A DNA stretch of 63,724 nucleotides, counting the filler, from Perkinsus chesapeaki ATCC PRA-425 (Eukaryota > Protista > Perkinsozoa): the NCBI GenBank assembly GCA_013115145.1. It is 5 parts of 5 records of this genome, joined end to end, with 100 filler letters (N's around TTAATTAATTAA, not from the genome) between each part and the next. Parts side by side here need not be neighbours in the genome. Positions count along the whole stretch, not along the records: positions 28,875 to 52,641 come from JAAPAO010000559.1; positions 52,742 to 57,219 come from JAAPAO010001256.1; positions 57,320 to 59,302 come from JAAPAO010001716.1; 2 more parts are not named here. One strand, given 5' to 3'. The notes beneath the pieces were generated by a model that worked only from the letters and a program-made list of their open reading frames with translations, had not been told where the DNA came from and did not search any database. A program made the translations under genes and the position numbers. Of the stretch, positions 50,166-59,402 are shown piece after piece (the first letter of the stretch is position 1; each line of letters opens with the position of its first letter).

Positions 50166-50622
50166 CGGGAACGGCTACAGCTTCAACTTTAGCTTCAACT
50201 TTAGCTTCAACTTCAGCATCAACTTTGGGTTCATTCCCACTAGTTAGAGCCTGCAAATTGGCGGCACTTATACCCAAATGTTGGTCATCATGCTCCTTCT
50301 CAATCTTCTTGTTGGCCTTCTTAACCGATGCTTGTACGGAGCGTTCACTCAGACATTCTTGAAGCTCCTCCTCGATCAGGGCCAAATCGGCGTCACACCG
50401 CACCAGTTCTTCTTCACACTTATGTTCTCTACCTTCAAGGTCCAGTACGGTCGGATCGTCTTCATTGCCTGCAACCGCTAGTATCTGCTTGAGGTCATCT
50501 TTAATAGACTCTAACTGAGAGTGGAGCTTTCCGCGCTGTCGGCGGAGGCCCGCCCTCTTAGAACGCAACTCATCGCAACGCACCGCTAAGGACGGAAGGT
50601 TAGACCCATCGTGGAGCGCCAT
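49966..50622 (-). CDS. N-terminal gag-like coiled-coil ORF
   Basis: ORF starting MALHDGSN at the LTR/PBS junction; coiled-coil-like, charged; overlaps the pol ORF in a different frame. Confidence 0.6.
   Translation of the reverse strand: MALHDGSNLPSLAVRCDELRSKRAGLRRQRGKLHSQLESIKDDLKQILAVAGNEDDPTVLDLEGREHKCEEELVRCDADLALIEEELQECLSERSVQASVKKANKKIEKEHDDQHLGISAANLQALTSGNEPKVDAEVEAKVEAKVEAVAVPDGDDGDSSSSSTSFSLVPTHVSSRGLVRDQRRLAYAPDPPYEYYSGRDRKRRTTLTSESVSKNPLS
50605..50621 (-). promoter_or_regulatory. Primer binding site
   Basis: TGGCGCTCCACGATGGG directly abuts the 5' LTR; TGG is complementary to tRNA CCA. The primer tRNA is not identified. Confidence 0.7.
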
Positions 50623-50828
50623 GTAGAGGGTTGGTCGTTGGATGAACACGATACTAAGAGGATAATGAAGAGACTTAACTTATTACGATAAATTATGCGA
50701 GAGATATCTGACGCTAGGCTAAAGATACTCCCAGAAATGTCACAAAATAAGGGACAGATCCACTTATTGCAAAGGAGACACAAAGACGACACAATTCTCA
50801 TCTAATCATGCTTCACCTTCCATCCACA
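50622..50828 (-). repeat. 5' LTR (207 bp)
   Basis: Identical to 44534-44740; TG...CA termini. Confidence 0.93.
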
Positions 50829-51539
50829 CAGATAGTCTGGCAGTTGTGCTCTGCTCCGACCTCTATTATTCGATTACTTCCGGGACTAGATCTATTCAAA
50901 GTTCGTCCTTTTACAAGTAGAATATCGCTATCACAAAATTTGGCATAGTCGTTCTTCTGGTAAAATTGACGTGTACGGCACATTCTTGTCGGTCTAATGC
51001 TAGGCTCTAAGCAGTAGCCGGGGAAATTCTGGCCAAACGCCAACTCACCAGCAGGCGATCGCCTCGGACTTGCTTACTTTGCGTAATAACTCCATATTAG
51101 TTATAACCGCGCTTCGATTATAGCCCACGGCTCATCCCGGAAATCATATCTCAGCCTGAGATTCTCAGGTACCATCTATCTGTTGCCTATGTGATTCTAT
51201 GTATCGGTCGTGAAACCAAGCGGATTGACTCTGTATGCAATCTACTCTCCTGGTATTGTGGTTATAGCATTTGTAGCCACCGGCACGACCGCTGCAATCA
51301 TGGAGCGGTCGATACCTTGAATAAATCTCGAAGTCTAGTTGCAATTGTCCAACGGGTTCGCAACCGCCTATTACGCATCTGCTGTTAGTAGCAACTTCTT
51401 GCATTTGCCACTTTATCTGTTTCTGACTCGTTTGACTAGTTGAGTTGCTCGAAGTCTTCAAGTTGAAGAGAACTGTCAACTGGTATTGGTATGCTTCCAA
51501 GTTCTTCTGATCTTTTTTGGCCAGTTGTGGGACTGACAT

Positions 51540-51900
51540 AAGGCTCTTAGCCCATAGAATTTTTCCTGACCGAAAATACACGTCCTGTAATTCGAGCCGG
51601 AGCGGATAGGGGTTTACCTCAACCTTCTACTTCTACACCAAATCTTCTGTACTGCTGAGCCGACTTATCAGTACATTAGCAGTCTATGCTCAACTGCTCA
51701 GTGAGCAGTGCTCACCATTACAGGGCCATAAGACAGGAAACGAGTGCGATTTACCCAAAAGCAAAGCACATACTGTGTAAATGAGCCATTTTGGACCAAA
51801 ATTTTTGGTATGATTCCTGCGGGGATATCTGAATCAGACTAACCTCACTGAGGATCGAACCTTCGCCACTGCTCAACCGCAACGGTACGCTCAGAAGTGG
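51540..51900 (-). pseudogene. Degenerate partial duplicate of AAAP-1 (two tRNA-like introns plus one exon)
   Basis: 51750-51870 aligns with 39160-39260, and 51565-51645 with 38985-39065; the exon carries a 14-nt frameshifting insertion. Confidence 0.7.
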
Positions 51901-52641
51901 GTTTGAACGGTATCTGAAGATATCCCTCATAATGGAGAGATATGCTTGCTACTGCAATGAAACTACAAGGGATGTTAGAAATACTCATCATCCATCAGTA
52001 TCTGCTCAGGCGCACCACCTAGCAACTCGCTGAAAAGTATGTGACACCCTATCTGCAGCTTTACGAGACACGGAGTTTGGACTCGTCCGAAATCCGTGAA
52101 GTACGAATATATAATACATGGGCAGGCGCGCGTGGAAAGGACGAGGTTTTGGACAGCGGTGATCTCCGAAGATCAAGCTTGTGCTCAGGCCAGTCAAGAG
52201 GTTACATCGTACTTGGAATCGAAGGCTCGCGATATTACGCTCAACGGCGACACACCGGGACTCAGTTGACGGCCATTTCTGGTCCAACCTGAAGGGACCC
52301 GTTGTCCACGTTATTTAAGGCTCGCCTACGGGACGGCCAAGACTCCGAGATTAACTTTCCGGAGCACGGTAAGCGCGGTAAATATCTTCTCGTAGGTCAA
52401 AGAGCAGTTAGCCCTGAAACGCAGCTTGCTCAGGTATGTTATGATCAGGCGCGGCATCAGCACGTTTCGTCCAATGGGATCGTTCAGTGACCTTGTAGAT
52501 ACTCGTGGTGTCGCGCCGCTTTATGATGTGGTCGCACGAACTCCATATCAAATAGCATCTATAGTAACACCGAGTGATGTAGGCAGTTCAAGTAAGAGAG
52601 TATCAACTTGGGAAAGTCTTGATTGCAGTGTAACCTTCATG

Positions 52642-52741
52642 NNNNNNNNNNNNNNNNNNNNNNNNNNNNNNNNNNNNNNNNNNNNTTAATTAATTAANNN
52701 NNNNNNNNNNNNNNNNNNNNNNNNNNNNNNNNNNNNNNNNN
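52642..52741. other. Artificial contig spacer
   Basis: N-TTAATTAATTAA-N, 100 nt. Confidence 0.95.
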
Positions 52742-54011
52742 AAACCGTGTCACTAAGCTACATCTCCATTTGTGTTATGTGACCAGCTGTAGTTATGACA
52801 AGCCACAGACCTTGAGGCACGCGCTCATGTCTTCACTACTTTCGGTCTTCTTGTGTTATTTATTCCGATTCACCATTTTCAAGGCCAACCAAGAAAAGCG
52901 CGATTCAGATTCTATCGGTTATATCTTACTCTTAGTTACTACGAGGTTTATGATGTAATGAATTAATGCCTGAGCAGCTAGCGGCTCAAGTTTCATAAAT
53001 AAGTTTTACGAATATTTCATTCGACATTGCCAGGAAGGCCAACATATGACTGTCATACGACTCGCAGATTACAAAACAAAGTAGTCGCGTTTACATCTGC
53101 GGCACCCAAAGAGCGCGTGAAAAGCCCATTTGTAAGTTTCTAACGTAAACATCTGCTAGCAATGGGGGCAGCACCAGCTTTGAACAAAGACAGTTGGTTA
53201 GGATTGATGGCGTAGACGTTCCTCTTGGGGGGTTTACACAGCCGTCCTCAAGCATGGTATCCACCAGTGCGGGGATATGGTGCTTCTGTTAGTCTCTCGA
53301 TCTTCAACACATCTGATACGTCTGAGACTACAACTGTTCTTTCGATACATTTGTCCAACTTTGTTCCGTTCAGCGCTGCTAGATCCGAAGATACGCCGCC
53401 AAGTTAGTTCCGTTTTCTGATGTTTCCATCTAAAAACTACTGGTCCATGTTCGTTACATAAACCCGCTTCGCCTTGAACGTTTTGCCCTCGTTGCCCGAA
53501 TAGTTCATCCTTAAATTAGGTCAGCGGCTCGTCCCGAAAAACGCACTATTCACCTGTCTCCACCAACACTAGCCCACGTCGATGATGCGCCGCTCTGTTG
53601 AGTGTAAGCAGTTTTCTGATGTTGCTCTACCAGTCCTTCAGGAACACTGCTTCCAGCAAAGGGCCGTTTACTCCCAGGGACGGGGACGCAAATATGTCCG
53701 TCTATCAACGCTACAAAGGAACCGCTGCTCGGATGTACATTTACGCAAACAAGGCAGAGCACTTTTCTTCGTAGCTACGACCCGTCCGTCAACAGTCCTT
53801 GGAAGAGCCTGCTTCACTCGTGGCGTGTTTGGTTGGCCTTTTTGGGCCGTGTTCTCGAAGGTTAAGATGTTATTTTTAACAACATGCTTACAAAGTCGGC
53901 GATAATAAGAAAGCATTGTATTGTTGTTGCTCACGGAGATGTCTCACATTGGTGAGATTCGAAAGCTGCTACTCAATACAAGACCTGATAGTTTATTATT
54001 AAAACAGTTAA

Positions 54012-54784
54012 TCAGCATGCTTCATTTTCAAGAGAGAGGATGAATTGCCATTCCGCCGGTGTAACGCGTTGAACTGAAAGCCTTGCGGTCGTGAAGAGGC
54101 CCATCGACGAGAGCTGAAGACAAGCATATAGTTAGTGCATGCAGCTCGACACAGGTCACCTGTTTAGTTCGATACTTCTTCAGCTCGTCCAGTGAAATCT
54201 TCCTTTCAAGCTTGCGTATAAATCTGAGTAAAAAAGATATGCTTCACAACAGCCAAGTGATGCGGCTACTTCACGTCGACCATATCCCATTTCGGTTCTT
54301 CCTTGGAGCTCCTCGGATCGTAATGTGGATTCTTAGCATCAAATTGCGTATCATCAGGATAAGCCTCTCTAACAACCTCGACGATACCTGACCCTCCAAA
54401 TTCCCATCATGCGCCGCCGAACCTCCAGATCTCACCAACAATCCCCGGCGGTTTGCAGTTCGAATGGTAGAAGAACGCTTTGTCTCCAATCTTCATTTCC
54501 CTCATAAGATTCCTTGCTTGATAATTCCTCACTCCGTCCCACTCAGCCGTCGAGTTCGGACAGTCTACCAAATCATCAATGCTGAACTTCATGTCCATGC
54601 CATTCTCAAATCTGCTCTCCGGCTCTGACTTGATCAAATAGAACATCTCTCCAACACGGGGCTCGGTTTTTGCCGGCTTTTTCTTGGTCTCCTGCGTGAC
54701 CGTTCTGCCTTTTCCAGCCCTCGTCGGCGCCTCCGAGGCCGCCTTCTCGCTCTTAACTTCATTTCTCTTCCTTTTGCCAACCAT
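54012..54784 (-). CDS. THYN1: EVE-domain protein (thymocyte nuclear protein 1-like), four exons
   Basis: YLIKSEPE, FSIDDL, WDGVRNYQARN, MKIGDKAFFYHSNCKPPGIVG, AYPDDTQFD...YDPRS..E.PKWDMVDV, ARLSVQRVT..EW.FI. Confidence 0.92.
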
Positions 54785-54934
54785 ACAACAACTTTGCTGA
54801 ACCAGTACGATCCTAACCTTTTGTTCGGAAATGAGAGTGGCTCGCCTGATTGTTAACTTCCCACACCGAGCCCTCCGACTGAACCAATCAAAATCGGTCG
54901 GCCATTATGATTCGTCCATTGCCAAAGTGCCTTT

Positions 54935-56660
54935 CTAGCGCCTGCTGATGCGAACTTCGAAAGAGAGCGTGCCCCAGTTTGAGGCGCAATCTTCGAGCAT
55001 CGTGAATCCGATGAAGCCATTGATTCCGGTGATCAACTCAAATCTTGTCAGGGTTGAAAGAGCATCGCGATTTATCAAAATAAAAAAGCCAATTACGTTG
55101 CAGAGTTGCCACCTGTTGCCTCCAGGCAGTAGCACAGATTGAAATAATGAATAATAATAACGAGTACAATAATCATCTACCGAGTCTTCCTTCACTTCGG
55201 CGGCGGCGTCACCTCGAACGCAAAGGCCCTCGGAAGAATTTCCGAGCTTGATTCGTTCTCACCAACCTAAAGCACAGTTTCGTGGCGCGTGCCTCACGTA
55301 TCTCCACTTACTTTGGTGTTTTCTTCGTCCTCAGCGACCTCCGAGGGGTTCGGTGAGCCTCCATTTGAGCTGCTGGCGATTGTAGTGGCAGTTTCCCCAC
55401 GACTCGGTGGCGCGTGACTTTTCTCACCCTCCTTGGAGCATCTCAAATTCACCTAAAAATCTTCACAGTGCGCAAAGATTCTCATCCGGGCCTCACTTTC
55501 GGTGGTAGCTGATGATCCTCTATCACTGGGAGTGCCACCGGGTTGCCCTTCAGCTCCTGACAGAACTGTTATGCAAATTAAGAGCCTTGCAAACTCACCA
55601 ATTCGTGGACCCTACCAACGCGAACGATCTGCTGGATGTATTCACGGCACTTTGGGCAGTGACGGCCTCCAACAGCCAGATTGGACCCGACATGGACACT
55701 GCAAACCTAATACCAAATAATCGATCACTCGATCGATTTGGATATCAGCTAACCTGACAAAATCCACCGTGGTTGCACGGCAGCAGGACGCAGTCACCAG
55801 TACTGTCAAGACAGATACTGCACGGGAGAACGCTCCCTCTGAAAAAAATAACACTGACGCGCTCCCCCGAACCCAGGCCGACCTCTCGGCCATCTGGAAG
55901 GCATCTGCAGATCCTCTTTGACGAGGAACGACACATGACGGGTCAACAACAACATCAACACCGCGATCGCCGAGGGGGTATACTACCACCCTATTCACAG
56001 ACCTTAGCGGAAAATACGGTATGAGCGAGGGCAGCGCGAAGTTACTTGCACGAGTCACAGACAAAATTGTTGGCCTTCTCAGAAATTTTGCGCGGCAAGG
56101 CGCACGTGCCGCATTCTATTTCAATATCGCTCGAACAGTCCAGGCGATCGTTATTGCTCTTCTTCACCGACGGAACCGAGCTGAATAAGAAAATCGCGAA
56201 TCTTAGCGGAGCGAAGCAGGCGATGCTCACCAATGACGATCTTTACTGGATGTCTTTCCACACTTCAAAAAGGAAAGCTTCCTCATAAAAGACGGCATCG
56301 GAAAAGAGAAAAAAATCTACGTCGAAGAAAGATACTAAGTTCCAATCCAGGGACAGATTTTGCGTCCAGTAGGCCTCCATTTTGGTATTCCTGAAACGCT
56401 TCGCTCCGCTAAAGCCACCATTGACGCCAACAAAAGCTCCGCATTCACGTCATCAACTTTCTCTTGGACGAAAATCATCATCTCATTCGACGTGTGTCAT
56501 TACGACGTCCAGGGGAGGGTGGAGAGTGACCTGATAATAGTACTTATGCTTCAGAAATTTTTCCAATGAAAAATCTGTAAAATTTTATCTCTTTTTTTCT
56601 CGGTGGGATTCGGCGGGCTAGATACATGCGTCATCCGTGGGAATGTGCACAGGGGATCCG
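54935..56660 (-). CDS. RING-finger (C3HC4) protein with an upstream Cys4 zinc motif; gene ends uncertain
   Basis: Splicing across 55706-55752 gives CSICLDSTGDCVLLPCNHGGFCQVCSVH...CPKCREYIQQIV; upstream CGTC...FVCDSC. Confidence 0.75.
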
Positions 56661-57219
56661 ACATGCTCACGGAAAGGTTTTCGAGAGTAAGGGCTCGGCG
56701 ACCATGGTGAGCATACGGTGGAAGAGTTGATGCCCTCAAAACTATATTGATTGTCAAGATGCGCGCGCGTTCTATATATCGCCTTGTGTTTACCTTACCA
56801 AGCCTTCGAGCTCAAGATGCATGTCATCTCCCGAAAATGCGCCCCACGAGCGTTTGAGGTTACTCGTAGTTCCCATATATAGACTTTTTCCCGAGCCTGG
56901 GCTGATTGAGAAATTTGAATGAAATATGTTACTAAAGCTCAACGAACATTTCACCCTTAAACGCTAAAATACCGAGTCCAATTCCGAGTCTAAATTCGGC
57001 GAATCTTCGAACGGAAACTTCAGTGGGTGCAAGACGTCAGACAAGTCCACGAACCGCCGCAACTCACTTCGACGGTCGGAAGGAACCCATCGGTCACGAC
57101 TTGAAATGCTCCTGGATCGACTGCGACGCTCGGGGCCGTGACCTGACATTGCTGTTCCGTAGAACTGTAACCAACTCAAACGCGCAAAGCAATAAACCAG
57201 ATACTTGTCCTTTGAGGCC

Positions 57220-57319
57220 NNNNNNNNNNNNNNNNNNNNNNNNNNNNNNNNNNNNNNNNNNNNTTAATTAATTAANNNNNNNNNNNNNNNNNNNNNNNNN
57301 NNNNNNNNNNNNNNNNNNN
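57220..57319. other. Artificial contig spacer
   Basis: N-TTAATTAATTAA-N, 100 nt. Confidence 0.95.
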
Positions 57320-58206
57320 TTGAACTTATCCGATGTGTTAGAATCCAACACCCACGGGTTAAGTTCAGCAAACCGACTTAACTCACTCGCAAGTTTAGAC
57401 GCTCTGGTCAATGTCGAGAACTGAACATTTGCAGTCTTGCGCAGCTTGGATAGTAGACCACGACGATAAGCATTACATATTTGTTCTTCAGACAGTTGTA
57501 GACCACAGTTAAGACCTTGAGAGACCAAATCACTCAATCTATCAAGATAAGCGAACACACTCTCACCATTCCGTTGTTTAATATTAATAATACGACCTTC
57601 ATAACGACTTGGATCATCAGAGCGACGATACTTCGTCGATAAATAGTCATGAGCAGCAGCCACCATTTCACCAAAATCATACATCCACACCTGAGGACCG
57701 CAATCGCGTTCGACCTCTTTAAGCAAAGCCGACCTAGCATGGGGTTTAAAGGCATTGGTAAGGAACAACCACTCTGCTCGAGCCGAAAGTTGATACAATC
57801 TAACAGTACCCTGAATTTCCTTCAGGTACCAGCTAATACTACGTCGGTCTTGATAACCATTATAACACTCTCCGTCCGGCACAGGTAATTTAGTAACGGT
57901 CTCCACGATGCGTGCCGTCACTAGTTCTGGATCTTCGTCTGAGTGCCCTGAGGAAGCAGACGAAGAAGGTACAGTCGATTGCGATGGGGGGTTCTTAATA
58001 CCCTCCATGTAATCACGCCAAGCAAGTACAGTAGCAAAGTCAAGTTGTTGTTGTTGTTGAAGTTCGTCGGTCTTCTTATTAAACTCGTCGTTCGTAATAT
58101 GTCGTAAAATACTGATATTCTCAGTACTAACACCAAAAGCAGATGCAATTTGTTGAGCAACAGGCGTAGGGTTAGATGCAGGAGGGTTCTCCACCATGTT
58201 AACCAT
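57320..58206 (-). mobile_element. Retrotransposon gag-like ORF (Ty3/Gypsy-type capsid motif), truncated by gap
   Basis: IKQRNGESVFAYLDRLSDL...QICNAYRRGL resembles the Retrotrans_gag major homology region; intronless. Confidence 0.65.
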
Positions 58207-58299
58207 CAGGGAACTCAAGGAACCAAAGTGAGGCAAGAATCTGGAAATCTAATCTTAACTTATTACATTAATAGCAGTACTAGCGTCGAGCTGAGCTTA

Positions 58300-59302
58300 A
58301 GGCTCCATTGTTGTGCAGTTGCACAACAACAGTATGCTACGGGTAACTGTTCACGTGAACAATGCAGGTTTGATCATGTTAAGCTGCAAGATATTAGAAA
58401 AAAGATGGAAGCGATTACTACTGGCTCTGAAGTGATGGCAGCAACTAATACTTCAGCAACAGTTCATGATACTAAGAGCAGTACGATCAGTGGAGATCGA
58501 GCTGCCATGGTTACTGACGATATGGGCACTGCCCTTGAGTGTTCCAGGAGAATGACTATAAGGTGTCTCTTATTTCAGTCTAATAATCTACTGATTGAGA
58601 TTGGCACGGGATGCAGCAGTTCTATTATTACTGAAAGAACAGCGAACGTATTTCGCAAAGCTGGTTTGGTACTCGACGCGAAGCCTATTAATAGATCTTT
58701 CAACTTGGCCGCTGGTGATACTACAATTTATGCATTCCAAGAGATCAGTGTACTCATGAACTTACACGATCATGATGGTGATGTTTATACCTTTTTTTGG
58801 CAACCATGTGTTGTTAGAGAATTAACGGCTGATTGTGATGGACTATTGGGGAGAGAGTGTCTCAGTTTTTCTGATAAGTGGTTTCATGGACCTATCCAAA
58901 TTTTGGTGTACGATTGATGAATTGAATAATGAGTGCTTGACTAAAAATGATATAACCATTTCTTCAGAATCCTTAGTTGCTGCATATGATGAACTGTCTA
59001 CGGAAGAAAAGGATGACATCGGTTGTATTGAAGAAGTTCTAGAACCACCCCAATTACAGCAAGCTACCTACTTACCGAGTGATGATCCTATAGTCGATAC
59101 TGTATTCAGTGGTGATTGGTTGTGTATAACGGTAAATGAGAGGGCTGACAAGACAAAGTATTTTTGCGCTGATATATCAGTTGAGCTAAATGATTGGATG
59201 TCACAGGTGAAGGTAAAACCCGCTAATAAAATACACTGGAAGTGGTTGAAGGCTGATACTGAGTGCAAGAAGCACTGTCAAAATCAGTTGATGGCATTCG
59301 TG
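58300..59302 (+). mobile_element. Degenerate gag-end/protease/pre-RT segment of an LTR retrotransposon
   Basis: YATGNCSREQCRFDH (CCCH-like), LIEIGTGCSSSII (IDTG-like with D to G), DGLLGRECL; frameshift near 58900. Confidence 0.6.
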
Positions 59303-59402
59303 NNNNNNNNNNNNNNNNNNNNNNNNNNNNNNNNNNNNNNNNNNNNTTAATTAATTAANNNNNNNNNNNNNNNNNNNNNNNNNNNNNNNNNNNNNNNNNN
59401 NN
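59303..59402. other. Artificial contig spacer
   Basis: N-TTAATTAATTAA-N, 100 nt. Confidence 0.95.

Larger units (their letters stand above)
44534..50828 (-). mobile_element. Full-length Bel/Pao-like LTR retrotransposon (about 6.3 kb)
   Basis: Two identical 207-bp TG...CA LTRs, PBS and PPT; domain order gag-PR-RT-RH-IN; Pao-type motifs DITAAFYHVRL, SDAS, ENERADYLSR, LNSRPL, TTPDLLAFG, FRKHYLETYW. Confidence 0.9.
43075..51320 (+). pseudogene. AAAP amino acid transporter 2, interrupted by an LTR retrotransposon, with an in-frame stop in the last exon
   Basis: Exons parallel AAAP-1 (GRGISL; LSVPFMFTTAG; GIPPFEREYTFL). The last exon at ~51168 reads GTIYLLPM-TGA-FY, aligning with GSIYIFPLWFY (TGA 51192-51194). 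An apparent frameshift lies near 44395. Confidence 0.7.

Noticed and set aside
46383-51194. Two in-frame TGA codons (retro pol; AAAP-2, aligned to Trp) suggesting a TGA=Trp code
   Set aside because: SCCPDH-3, the TKL kinase and the EVE gene end cleanly in TGA at the expected C-termini, and both loci carry other lesions.
51782-51800. GAGCCATTTTGGACCAA resembling the dinoflagellate/Perkinsus spliced leader (also gtagccatc at 40722)
   Set aside because: It is the antisense of AAAP coding sequence (PKWL exon, paralogous to 39186-39200) and of an ATG-GCT-ACA start respectively. No full 21-22-nt SL was found.
52006-52641. Possible decayed retroelement or integrase tail at the contig end
   Set aside because: No diagnostic motif; cannot be supported by eye.
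53100-53934. Short Cys-containing ORFs on both strands
   Set aside because: No consistent exon chain or recognisable domain.
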